From IMG/VR virus record IMGVR_UViG_3300027770_000174, positions 1 through 32,785 of that record: 32,785 nucleotides of DNA; one strand, given 5' to 3'. Position numbers and translations under genes: made by a program. Numbering within the stretch: position 1 is the first letter of the stretch; each line of letters begins with the position of its first letter. Shown here piece by piece: positions 17,852 through 27,037 of the stretch. The stretch comes from a virus. Its lineage: Duplodnaviria > Caudoviricetes. The notes under the pieces were generated by a model. That model was given only the letters and a program-made list of their open reading frames with translations. It was not told where the DNA came from and did no database searches.

Positions 17852-18640
17852 TTCATTACCTCCTTCTGCGTTTGCCTGTTTTGCAATTTTTTGTGTATCA
17901 GGCAACGTAAATCTTGAGTGCTTGTACGCATCAAGAATCTTATCAATCTCTTTTGCTTTGTTAACATCTGAACTCTCAACCCAACCAATTAGTTGTGCTG
18001 GCTTACCAGAAACTGGTGAGTCATATGTTTTCTCTGTTGAGATAAAAACAGAGTTACTGTCTTCACAGTAAAAAATATTTTCGGTTACAACATCTACTGC
18101 TATACCTTTTGCAATGTATTGTCCATTTACTTTCTGGATAGAAAGAATGTTACATAGCTCATTTGCTGGAGAGTCTACAATTGACAACTCCATCAATTCA
18201 TAGTCTTTAATAAATCTTACAGTTTTACCTGTAGCTTTATTAACTTCGTTATCTGACTCTTTAATCTTCCCGCCGATTGAGAATCCTGAAAGAGTTCCGT
18301 CTAGAACTTTCTCCCAGCTATCTTGTGCGCCTTTTGAAATGTATGCTGTTACATAAACGCCGTTATAAAATTCTTTGGTTGTTGGGTCATAGAAAGTTTC
18401 TGGTTTGAAAGAAACCATCTTGCCAACCGCAAGAGATCCGTGCATTTCACGAATGTTCCCACGAAAGCTTTCAAAGGCCTTTACGCTTGCTTCAGAAGTT
18501 ACAACGTCACCAGTCTGGTCTACATTGTCAAGTGTTGCAAAACCAGAGACAGTTCTATTTTCACGGTTAACTTTAGTGAAAGGAACAGACAAGTTAATGT
18601 CATTGCCATGGCTAGTCCATAAAGACTTTTCAATATTCAT
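17306..18640 (-). CDS. Prohead maturation protease (HK97/XkdF-like) fused to a C-terminal scaffold
   Basis: 'VSGFATLDNVDQTGD', 'REMH', 'GFSIGG' and 'ELSIVDSPAN' protease motifs, then an acidic Ala/Glu linker and a coiled-coil C-terminus. Confidence 0.92.
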   Translation of the reverse strand: MNIEKSLWTSHGNDINLSVPFTKVNRENRTVSGFATLDNVDQTGDVVTSEASVKAFESFRGNIREMHGSLAVGKMVSFKPETFYDPTTKEFYNGVYVTAYISKGAQDSWEKVLDGTLSGFSIGGKIKESDNEVNKATGKTVRFIKDYELMELSIVDSPANELCNILSIQKVNGQYIAKGIAVDVVTENIFYCEDSNSVFISTEKTYDSPVSGKPAQLIGWVESSDVNKAKEIDKILDAYKHSRFTLPDTQKIAKQANAEGGNEMSENTENVVAEDVAVDAAVEVAVEDTAVVAEDAAPAEAPADAVAEDTPAETLEKAAEVSEDKVDEPDFAKMLGDLKGFFSETLNKASEANAAQVTTIQETVETFSKSVDARISELAEQHTVLSSAVNDIKSTIDGVQKRVDAVESETAIKKSSDLGRSEEVTIKKSKWNGSFLGSVNEIFN

Positions 18641-18647
18641 ATGCTTA

Positions 18648-18676
18648 ATTTTAGCGACTTATAGATAAAAAGGCAA
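18648..18676 (-). promoter_or_regulatory. Promoter TTGCCT-N17-TAAAAT, leaderless configuration
   Basis: The -10 ends 7 nt before ATG 18640, and there is no SD. Confidence 0.7.
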
Positions 18677-18693
18677 ATAACAGTTGAGTGGGG

Positions 18694-20277
18694 TTAGTCA
18701 ACCTGTCTGCCGTCGCCCTTAGCATTTCTTCCCTCTCCAGAAATATCTGGGGTATTTGCTTGGCGATCTTGGGATCTTTGTCGGGTATTTCCAGCCACGG
18801 CTGTTTGCTCGGCTTTTGCTGGACCCTTTAATTCAATAACATCATCTCCGCCATCTAGAGGAATCATTCCCTTTCTAATTCTAACTTCATTAGGGGTAAT
18901 TACCTGCATTCTTAAATATCTTTCGTCAATTTTAGACTGAGTATCTTCATCAGTTAAAGTTAATTCATTAAATTTAAGTGCTAGGGCATCTGTCTTTTCC
19001 TCAAATATTTTATTTACTTTCTTCTCTAAAATCATTTGGGCTGGACGGCAAACCTGCTCTTTAAATGTTTTGTCCGCATCTCTTGCCACTGCCAAATTTA
19101 CGCCTTCTGGGGTTCCAATTTTATTAATTGGGACACGGTGAGCCAATAGGATTTCATCTCTATTTGATTTACGATAAATATTAAATGAAGACTCCTGTGG
19201 ATTTGCCTCCACTGGCTCCATCTTAAATTCTGTTTTTGAGTCTGGGGTGTCTCCTGGAAGTGGAATATATAGTGATCTGTGATTCTTTCCTTTTAATCCG
19301 ACCTGGAAAAATTCAAGCAATTTTCTCTCTGACTCTGGAGAAAGCTTTGCTCCCTTTACTGTAATAATATATCTTGGTACCGCCTTGTTTTCAAAGTAAT
19401 CTAGGTTATATCTGCCAGATAATTCATTTCCTGCAAGTGCTACTTGTGCGGCAATAATGTCTGGAATACCATAATAGTTATTCATAGGGGTATACTTCTT
19501 CAAATGAATAATTTCATTTGGGCGATCTTCTTGCCCCGCAATTGGATTCTCTGTTTCTGATTCTCCAAAATTATTAAAATATACTGCCTTTCCATAAAGC
19601 AATTGAATAAAGCCATCTCTTAGCCTGCGTACACGCATTGTCTTTGCTGGAATGTGTCCAATGTATCCAATGTTTCCGCCTGTAGTTCTGCCAATTTCAA
19701 TATAGCCATTGCCTGTTGCTTCTAGGTCTGTATACACCTTAATTAAAGTTTGAGTAAATGTATCTTCATCATTTGTTGTATCAAGCCATCCGTGAATATC
19801 CTGACGCAACTTGCTTATTTTTCTACGTGCTCTTTCAAGAGACTTGTCATCTGTGAGTGCATCTAGTGCATCATTTGTTTTCTTTGTTTCTACAAAATCA
19901 TAGCCTAGTCCAACAATGTTTGCAACCTTTGCATTAATTGCTGCATAGTTATATGTTGATGTTTCATATACTACCGAAAGATATTCAAGGTTGTATGTTG
20001 GCTCTACTAAGTCGAACATAGCATATCCTGTAATAGCTTGTGCTAATAGGTTTTGCTGTGTTCCCGTTCCTTCTACGCCAGTAAATGATTTAGAAAATTC
20101 TCTGCTTATCTTTCGTTTAAAGGAGGATCCTAATCCTCTAACTTTTTTTAATTCATCTACTCCAGCAGCAAATGGGTCATTGCTTACTTGATCCTTTTTT
20201 AAGGAGAACCAGTCTGCTGTGTTTGAAATATCAATTATATTTTCAGAACTCTCATCGTCAATAAATTCTACGCTCAT
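18694..20277 (-). CDS. Portal protein (HK97/PBSX-like)
   Basis: 'DLEATGNGYIEI', 'NEIIHLKKYTPMNNYYGIP', 'YFENKAVPRYII', 'ILLAHRVP', 'ITPNEVRIRKGMIPLDGGD'. Confidence 0.95.
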   Translation of the reverse strand: MSVEFIDDESSENIIDISNTADWFSLKKDQVSNDPFAAGVDELKKVRGLGSSFKRKISREFSKSFTGVEGTGTQQNLLAQAITGYAMFDLVEPTYNLEYLSVVYETSTYNYAAINAKVANIVGLGYDFVETKKTNDALDALTDDKSLERARRKISKLRQDIHGWLDTTNDEDTFTQTLIKVYTDLEATGNGYIEIGRTTGGNIGYIGHIPAKTMRVRRLRDGFIQLLYGKAVYFNNFGESETENPIAGQEDRPNEIIHLKKYTPMNNYYGIPDIIAAQVALAGNELSGRYNLDYFENKAVPRYIITVKGAKLSPESERKLLEFFQVGLKGKNHRSLYIPLPGDTPDSKTEFKMEPVEANPQESSFNIYRKSNRDEILLAHRVPINKIGTPEGVNLAVARDADKTFKEQVCRPAQMILEKKVNKIFEEKTDALALKFNELTLTDEDTQSKIDERYLRMQVITPNEVRIRKGMIPLDGGDDVIELKGPAKAEQTAVAGNTRQRSQDRQANTPDISGEGRNAKGDGRQVD

Positions 20278-20615
20278 CTCATACCCCTTAATTTTTTCAT
20301 ATCGTCTTTATAACTTCCAATATCTAGTGGGTCTGGGACTAGTCCCCAGTCAAGTCTTTGCTTTTGGTGTTGAAATTCTTCATCGTCAATTTTTCTTCTT
20401 GCAGAAAGAAATTTAGGCCCGCCTTCATAAATACCGAATGAGCGAACTTCTCTAGCCAAAGCATCGATTCTGGATCTATTTCCTTTTTTAGACGTGACTG
20501 AAAGAAAGTTCCCATCATCATCTCCGATCCATCTGCCATCTGGCATCTCCCAAACATATATCCCAAGGGTAGACTCTTCTTCAAGAACTTTGGTATTTAT
20601 ATGATTGATATCCAT
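20274..20615 (-). CDS. Hypothetical protein translationally coupled to the portal
   Basis: 113 aa, ATGA overlap with the portal start, and an upstream promoter. Confidence 0.75.
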   Translation of the reverse strand: MDINHINTKVLEEESTLGIYVWEMPDGRWIGDDDGNFLSVTSKKGNRSRIDALAREVRSFGIYEGGPKFLSARRKIDDEEFQHQKQRLDWGLVPDPLDIGSYKDDMKKLRGMR

Positions 20616-20623
20616 AGTAATTT

Positions 20624-20652
20624 ATTTTACCATTATTTCCTACACAAGTCCA
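20624..20652 (-). promoter_or_regulatory. Promoter TGGACT-N17-TAAAAT (extended TG), near-leaderless
   Basis: TGGTAAAAT lies 8 nt before ATG 20615, with no SD. Confidence 0.65.
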
Positions 20653-20678
20653 GCTTTTTGTCACAAAGTTGGACAAAT

Positions 20679-22436
20679 TTATATGCTTTGTAACACAATC
20701 CAGTCATTGTTATAGGACTGAATGTCTTTTTCTGTCATAATAATTGACGGATCTAATACTGAAACTGAAGGCCTTCCTACATATAGGTCATAGTGGGTGG
20801 CGGCAATAGATGCTGTCAATTCCTTTGCGTATATAGCAATATTGTTATATAGACAGGATGGCCCACCTGAGCCTGAATAATTAAACTTTAATATTCCTGA
20901 AGCAGGTTGTGTTAGAACTAATACAATATGATGTAATTGATTTGCAGAAAACACATTTGCTATATTTGTCTGGCTTGTCTTATCTACTCCGTTTACATAT
21001 ATCTTTAGCATATTGGTTTTTGTTATGGTCCCGCCGTTTGTCCAGGAGTACCTAGAGGCCGTGTATGAGCCCGTAGAGGCCACATCAAGCAAGGTGTTAG
21101 CCGTAAGGTCAGAAGGTGTTAAGAACATCTCTAATGACTTTACAGAGCCCGTAGTGGTCAGATTAAAGCCTGCACCAGCCTTAGTTCTTATTCCATTATC
21201 ATAATGTCTTGAAAGAAGCGGGTAATTTAATGATCCCAAATAATACTCAGTTGAAGATGTTATTGTATCTCCATAATTATCAGCATAAACATCTTTGTTG
21301 GTATAAAAGCTAACTGCAAAATATGCTAGTCTTGGCAAGTATTTGCTAGCATCTGTAGTGGTCATAGTTATTTTAATATGTACAACTCCCACGCTACTAA
21401 ATGAATCTTTTGTATATTGAGGCAAAGGCTGTCCATTTGAACAGTTCTGCCAATTTGTTCCGTCCAAACTTGATTGAACTGTAATGCCTAAATCATTTCT
21501 CCATTCCACTTTTGAGGTAACAAATGGTACTTGGCTAGGTATTAAAAATGAATCTTGAAGAATAAATGTTTTTGATAACACTGAGTCTGTTTTATAAAAA
21601 GAGATATACCCTGCAGATTCATTGTAGTAAGTATTGTTATCAAGGAATTCCGACCAATTTCTATTTACTGGATAGGAGTACTGAAACTGCGCTCTTATAG
21701 AAGCATCTGTGCAAGAAAAAAGAATTCCCTCATCTGGGGCAACAACTTGAATGGCGGGAGCAGAAAAATTACCATCTCCAAAATGTCTTTGTATAGAAGC
21801 GTTAGAAAGCGAGTATCTATAAATTGCGGGAGCATCAATCACAAAAGAATCTCCAGATGATGTGGTTGGCCCAATAGCAAGTGATAGTGTTGTATTTGTA
21901 AATTTAAAATCATCTGCTAGGGATTTGTTTGCTGTTAATCTTCCATCAACATATAAAGAAATTGAATATACTGAATAAACCCCTACTATATGCAAAGCTC
22001 TTTTAGAGTATGTTATTGGATATCTAATTAAATCTGTAGCAGATACTTTAAAAACAACATCGCCATTTTCAAGATATAACCCGATGTTGTTTGAATTGTC
22101 TGACATTATTGGAGTAGATGAAGATGAAACTATTGAAGGGTATACCCAGCACTCAATTGTAAAATCATTATCTGATGAATACTTTGTTCCCATTCCCGCC
22201 GTTGTTGAAATTCCATAATAGTTTTTAGTTATAGGTAATGTTACGTACGAAGTATTTGTTATTTTTGTTCCTGATATTCCACCTGAAATTAATGGCAATA
22301 TGTCTGATATTGGAGAGCCTATATATGCTCCATTATTTCCACACCCAGATCTATCTAAGGCGGTAGAACCAGAAGACTCATCCAATGGCCAGAAGCCGAT
22401 AGGATAGTCTTTAATTACCTTTAATTGATATGACAT
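20679..22436 (-). CDS. LamG/concanavalin A-like domain virion protein
   Basis: 'PIGFWPLDESSGSTALDRSG', 'FTIECW', 'HIVGVY..ISLYVDG', 'AIYRYSLS...H'. A second, degenerate LamG-like domain is at the C-terminus ('IYVNGVD...HHIVLV...NIAIY'). Confidence 0.85.
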   Translation of the reverse strand: MSYQLKVIKDYPIGFWPLDESSGSTALDRSGCGNNGAYIGSPISDILPLISGGISGTKITNTSYVTLPITKNYYGISTTAGMGTKYSSDNDFTIECWVYPSIVSSSSTPIMSDNSNNIGLYLENGDVVFKVSATDLIRYPITYSKRALHIVGVYSVYSISLYVDGRLTANKSLADDFKFTNTTLSLAIGPTTSSGDSFVIDAPAIYRYSLSNASIQRHFGDGNFSAPAIQVVAPDEGILFSCTDASIRAQFQYSYPVNRNWSEFLDNNTYYNESAGYISFYKTDSVLSKTFILQDSFLIPSQVPFVTSKVEWRNDLGITVQSSLDGTNWQNCSNGQPLPQYTKDSFSSVGVVHIKITMTTTDASKYLPRLAYFAVSFYTNKDVYADNYGDTITSSTEYYLGSLNYPLLSRHYDNGIRTKAGAGFNLTTTGSVKSLEMFLTPSDLTANTLLDVASTGSYTASRYSWTNGGTITKTNMLKIYVNGVDKTSQTNIANVFSANQLHHIVLVLTQPASGILKFNYSGSGGPSCLYNNIAIYAKELTASIAATHYDLYVGRPSVSVLDPSIIMTEKDIQSYNNDWIVLQSI

Positions 22437-22442
22437 ATATTT

Positions 22443-22451
22443 ATTATACCT
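22443..22451 (-). promoter_or_regulatory. -10 element (AGGTATAAT), leaderless configuration
   Basis: TATAAT lies 6 nt before ATG 22436 in a 19-nt intergenic gap with no SD. Confidence 0.65.
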
Positions 22452-22455
22452 TTAG

Positions 22456-24861
22456 TTATACTGCATATCGAATGATAATAATACCTGAACCACCATTACC
22501 GCCTTGACCTAAGCCACTACTAGCAACAACTCCACCACCTCCACCACCGCCTGTGTTATTTGTTCCCTGAGTTCCTGCTGCCAACCCTCCACCTGCTCCA
22601 CCGCCAAAACTTGCAGTTCCGCCAACTCCACCGCTTCTACTTGCACCGCCTCCTCCACCCGCATAATCCACAGATGAGCCAGTAATAGAAATGCTCCTAC
22701 CAACACCACCAGTTCCACCATTGGGATTACCAGTTCCACCTGCACCGCCAGCACCGCCACCGCCGCCACCTGGCAAACTGCCTGTATTATTAGAACCGCC
22801 ACCAGCAAAACCTTCGTTGGCTGTACCTGCAACAGTAGTGTTATTTACAACGCCATTTAAGTTAGCACTTCCGCCACCGCTTCCGCCAACATTACCACTA
22901 GATATTGATGTGTCGCCTGATTTTCTTGCACCACCACCTCCACCGCCAACCGTTGAAATGCTTCCAAATGCAGAGGTTCCACCGTTACTTCCGTGAGAGG
23001 CTATTGTTTCAGCCGCACCGAAAGCACCAGCCCCACCTGCACCAACTGTAACTGTGTAAGCCTGAGCAGTTAAAGATAATGGAGTTTCTAAAGAACCTGT
23101 TCCGCCAGTTGCAGTAACAGTTGAACGCAAACCTCCAGCGCCACCGCCACCACCATCGGCATAATTTCCAAGGGAACCACCACCTCCACCACCGCCAGCA
23201 ACTACCAAGTAGTCAGCAGTTAAAGATTGAGTAGGAGTAAATGTTCCTGAACCAGTAAAGGTATGAATCCAATGGGTGCCGTTAGTAGTTACTGTTCCAC
23301 CTTTTGCTTTAGCAAGATATGATGGAGTTGTATTGAGAGTTCCCGAAGAAGTAAATGTGTGATAATAATATCCACCTGAAGAAATAATAGTATTTCCACC
23401 TGATGCTTTTTGCGTTGCAGATTGATAACGAGCAACAACAATTCCTTGATAACCTGAGCCACCTTTTCCTTGAGCATAGCCACCACCATAAGCACCACCA
23501 CCTCCACCTGAACCATAAGAAGTAGCGTTGCCACCATTTCCATTAGTAGTTGAGGCTGTTCCATATCCACCATTACCAGCACCCGTTCCACCTGCGCCAG
23601 CAGTTCCATATGGTGCTGCTCCGCCTCCACCTGAAGACAAAACTGTCATTCCTGAAAACGCTGGTGATGAATTAAATGTTGAGGTTATTGTCCAACCTGC
23701 ACCACCTGCACCACCATTAGTACCTGAACCAGCAGAACCAGCAGAACTTTGTCCTCCGCCACCTCCACCAGCACCTGAGCCGCCGCTACCTGTGCCAGAA
23801 CCATTGCCGCCTGCATTGCCTTGTCCTGAAGTTGCTGTTCCACCTGTAGTATTTGCTTCAACACCACCAGCACCTGAGCCGCCATTGGCAGTAGATTGAC
23901 TACCGTAAACAGATGCTCCACCACCATAAGCAGTAAACCCAAAGAGTGAACTATCTGAACCTTTTGTTGCAACAAGTGCGCCAGGATCAGCCTCTGAACC
24001 AGTACCTGCTGCTCCAACAACTACAGCAAATGATGTATTTAAAGATGCAGTGTAACTTCCTGTTAACAAACCACCTGCACCACCGCCACCTGCACGGTTG
24101 TAAGCAGCACCACCACCACCTGCAACAACAAGGTATTCAACTATTAAATCAGCAGATGGTGTAACTGAACTGCTTGCAGCGCTTGCTGCTGATGTTCCGT
24201 TTGCATTTGTTGCGGTTACGGTAAATGTGTATGCAGTTCCATTTGTAAGTCCTGAAACTGTAATTGGAGATGATCCTGTGCCTGTAAGTCCACCTGGGCT
24301 AGATGTTGCAGTATATGTAGCAGCTGCGCCACCTGTTGCACCCGCTGTGTAAGCAACAGTTGCACTTGCATTTCCTGTGCTAGCTGAGCCAATTGTTGGT
24401 GCTGCTGGAACAGTTGTTGCCGTAACACCTGATGAGGCGGAAGAGGCAGAAGATGTTGCATAACCATTTGATGCAGTTACTGTGTAAGTATAAGATTGAG
24501 ATGATGCTAAATTTGTAATAGTAAATGGAGAAGTTGTTGATGTAAATGTAGCTGGAGATGTAGAAGGAGATGGAGTAGCTGTAAATATTGTTGCCGCCCC
24601 GCCAAGTTCTGATGGAGTAAATGTTAAGCTTGCTCTTCCGTTATTATATGCACGACCTGATGGAACATCGGTTGCAGTTCCAATTGTTGGAGCGGCAGGA
24701 GTAGGAGGAGTAATATATGTACTCCATAATCCAGCCATATAAATCTGAACAGATCCAAGAGTTGTATTAAAATATAGATACCCTTCTGCTGGAGCAGCAG
24801 GTCTATTGCCTGTAGTGCCTGATGGATATTGGGAGTTTAACCCAGATTTTCTAATTGCCAT
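22456..24861 (-). CDS. Fibre/adhesin: anchor motif + 2 FN3 + two glycine-rich domains
   Basis: 'GTTGNRPAAPAEGYLYFNT', FN3 'GLTNGTAYTFTVTATNANG', and two 'YLVVAGGGG...SG(Y/I)..IVV.RY'-type domains. Confidence 0.85.
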   Translation of the reverse strand: MAIRKSGLNSQYPSGTTGNRPAAPAEGYLYFNTTLGSVQIYMAGLWSTYITPPTPAAPTIGTATDVPSGRAYNNGRASLTFTPSELGGAATIFTATPSPSTSPATFTSTTSPFTITNLASSQSYTYTVTASNGYATSSASSASSGVTATTVPAAPTIGSASTGNASATVAYTAGATGGAAATYTATSSPGGLTGTGSSPITVSGLTNGTAYTFTVTATNANGTSAASAASSSVTPSADLIVEYLVVAGGGGAAYNRAGGGGAGGLLTGSYTASLNTSFAVVVGAAGTGSEADPGALVATKGSDSSLFGFTAYGGGASVYGSQSTANGGSGAGGVEANTTGGTATSGQGNAGGNGSGTGSGGSGAGGGGGGQSSAGSAGSGTNGGAGGAGWTITSTFNSSPAFSGMTVLSSGGGGAAPYGTAGAGGTGAGNGGYGTASTTNGNGGNATSYGSGGGGGAYGGGYAQGKGGSGYQGIVVARYQSATQKASGGNTIISSGGYYYHTFTSSGTLNTTPSYLAKAKGGTVTTNGTHWIHTFTGSGTFTPTQSLTADYLVVAGGGGGGGSLGNYADGGGGGAGGLRSTVTATGGTGSLETPLSLTAQAYTVTVGAGGAGAFGAAETIASHGSNGGTSAFGSISTVGGGGGGARKSGDTSISSGNVGGSGGGSANLNGVVNNTTVAGTANEGFAGGGSNNTGSLPGGGGGGAGGAGGTGNPNGGTGGVGRSISITGSSVDYAGGGGGASRSGGVGGTASFGGGAGGGLAAGTQGTNNTGGGGGGGVVASSGLGQGGNGGSGIIIIRYAV
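24173..24233. repeat. 61-bp exact direct repeat, copy 1
   Basis: cttgcagcgcttgctgctgatgttccgtttgcatttgttgcggttacggtaaatgtgtatg, identical to 27851..27911. Confidence 0.9.
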
Positions 24862-25367
24862 TACTCAAACCTCCAGCCAACTGTTGCACCTGTATAGACA
24901 AGTATGGAACTTGCCTGATTTACATCTATTATAGCATCATCTGCTACTGCATTAATATTGCTGCCGTTTCTTGCTATTGTAATATTGTTTGTTGCCGCCG
25001 TCCCTGATGCATCATATATTGCAATGGTGTCTCCTAGGGTAGGGCTGGCAGGAAGAGTAAGGGTTCTTGCCGCTGAAGTATTTACAAAGTAATTATTATT
25101 AGCCGCCATTGTTATATTAGATGATACCGCAGAAGATGCTGGTCCTGTAACAATTGTTACGCTTCCGCCCAAAGAAACGGCGGACCCATTAACGGTAATT
25201 GCTGAATTTGTTAGGGAGGCATTTCCAATATTAGTTAAAGTATTAGATGCACCAGATATAGTCTTATTAGTTAATGTTTGGGTTCCATCTGTTGTAAGGC
25301 CATTAGGAATAGCGGTGCCGACTTCTTGCCAGACACTTCCATCCCATACTCTTATTAATTTAGCCAT
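24861..25367 (-). CDS. Short fibre/adaptor protein with C-terminal 'LTLPASP...GW' domain
   Basis: N-terminal 'KLIRVWDGSVWQEV', shaft motifs 'TQTLTNKTI' and 'ITVNGSAVSLGG', and a C-terminal domain paralogous to that of 28533..29516. Confidence 0.8.
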   Translation of the reverse strand: MAKLIRVWDGSVWQEVGTAIPNGLTTDGTQTLTNKTISGASNTLTNIGNASLTNSAITVNGSAVSLGGSVTIVTGPASSAVSSNITMAANNNYFVNTSAARTLTLPASPTLGDTIAIYDASGTAATNNITIARNGSNINAVADDAIIDVNQASSILVYTGATVGWRFE

Positions 25368-27037
25368 TAGAAGGTTATACTCCCTGTGTTGTTAAATTTG
25401 TATATGTAATAAGATCCTGAAGTTGTTGCAACTGGAGAACCAGTTGTAGAAGATGCTGCTTGTAAAGCACGAATAATTACTATTCCTGAACCACCAGCAC
25501 CAGCAGATGAGGAAACAGTTCCAGAACCATACTTTCCACCGCCACCGCCACCCGTATTAACACTACCTGAAGTATTTTGATTTCCTCCACCACCAGAACC
25601 ACCAGTACGTGCAGTTATACTACCTGCTGCTCCGCCACCTGCATAATATGTTGCACTTCCTGAAATTGAAGATTGAACACCTATCCCGCCATTAGAATCA
25701 AAACCTCCAGCAGCACCAGCACCACCTCCAGAACCAGCAGTATCTGCTGCAGTATTACCAGTACCACCGTTGTATCCTTGATTTGCTGTTCCAGCGCCGT
25801 AACTATATCCACTATATGTATTATAAGAATTACCACCACCAGAGCCGCCTGCTCCTACTCCACCAGTAGAAACATTTGCTGTAGAATAAAAACCAGCACC
25901 ACCACCAGTGGATGTGATAGTTGAAAATACAGAATTGCTGCCATTTGTTGCGCCAGGTGTATTACCTGCAGCACCACCTCCACCAATTGTTATTGTATAA
26001 GAAGTACCAATTGTTAAACCAAATTGATTTTCAGCAGATGCACCACCGCCAGATGTTCCTGCAGAAGTTCTAAATCCACCAGCGCCACCGCCACCAGTAC
26101 TGTAGTTTGCGCCAGAACCTGGAGCCTGACCAGCGCCGCCACCTCCTGCGACTACAAGATAGTCAAGAATTAGATTATTAGGGGTAATTGAATTACTTGC
26201 ACTACTTGCTGCTGATGTTCCATTTGCATTTGTTGCAACTGCAGTAAATGTATAGGCTGTGCCATTTGTTAATCCTGTTACAACTAATGGTGACGATGCA
26301 CCAGATGCTGTAAGACTTCCTGGGCTAGATGTAACTGTAAATCCAGTAATTGCAGATCCTCCTGTAGCACCTGCTGTGAAAGTCACAGATGCCTGAGCAT
26401 TTCCTATAGTAGCAGTTCCAATTGTTGGAGCCTGTGGAACTGTAGTTGCGGTTATTGCGCTACTCGCAGATGAGGCAACAGATGTGTTATAAACATTTGA
26501 TGCGGTGGCAGTAAAAGTATAAGATGTATTTGATTGCAATCCTGATACAAGTATTGGAGATGATGCACCAGTATTATAATAAGAACCTGGGGAAGATGTT
26601 ATTGTATAACTAGATCCTGGTACTGTTCCTGTTGTAAATGCAACAGATGCTTGACCATTATTGAATGCCCGCCCAGATCCTGAGTTTGTAGCAACAACAG
26701 ATGATGGCGCAGTTGGATCTGCTCCAATTGGAATCCATGCTGTTCCTTCATAAAATTCTGGGTAGCCTAATTGTGTATTCATATACATGTCACCAGTTGT
26801 AGGTGAAGCGGGACGAGAAGCAGTATTGCCTCTTTTAACATGTCCATTAGCAGTTGTATTATGTGTTGATATTGCAGATGTTACAGATGTAGATGTAGCA
26901 AGGGCAGAAGTATCAGAAATACCATGTACTGTTGTTGTTGAAGAGTTATGTGCAGAGATAGCAGCAGTTACTTCAGAATCCGTCGCTGCCGACGTATTTG
27001 CGCTGAATAAATTTGCTATATCTCTGATTCTAGACAT
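25367..27037 (-). CDS. Fibre/adhesin: MSRIRDIA N-terminus + anchor motif + 2 FN3 + glycine-rich domain
   Basis: 'RGNTASRPASPTTGDMYMNT', two FN3 repeats, 'DYLVVAGGGG', 'GSGIVIIR'. Confidence 0.85.
   Translation of the reverse strand: MSRIRDIANLFSANTSAATDSEVTAAISAHNSSTTTVHGISDTSALATSTSVTSAISTHNTTANGHVKRGNTASRPASPTTGDMYMNTQLGYPEFYEGTAWIPIGADPTAPSSVVATNSGSGRAFNNGQASVAFTTGTVPGSSYTITSSPGSYYNTGASSPILVSGLQSNTSYTFTATASNVYNTSVASSASSAITATTVPQAPTIGTATIGNAQASVTFTAGATGGSAITGFTVTSSPGSLTASGASSPLVVTGLTNGTAYTFTAVATNANGTSAASSASNSITPNNLILDYLVVAGGGGAGQAPGSGANYSTGGGGAGGFRTSAGTSGGGASAENQFGLTIGTSYTITIGGGGAAGNTPGATNGSNSVFSTITSTGGGAGFYSTANVSTGGVGAGGSGGGNSYNTYSGYSYGAGTANQGYNGGTGNTAADTAGSGGGAGAAGGFDSNGGIGVQSSISGSATYYAGGGAAGSITARTGGSGGGGNQNTSGSVNTGGGGGGKYGSGTVSSSAGAGGSGIVIIRALQAASSTTGSPVATTSGSYYIYKFNNTGSITF

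Noticed and set aside
17875-17905. Internal promoter for the scaffold (TTGCCT at 17900-17905)
   Set aside because: The position 17 nt downstream reads AAAACA, not a -10 hexamer.
17352-18071. 239-aa plus-strand ORF
   Set aside because: Antisense shadow of the low-complexity scaffold. Ser/Ala/Thr-rich with no convincing initiation signal.
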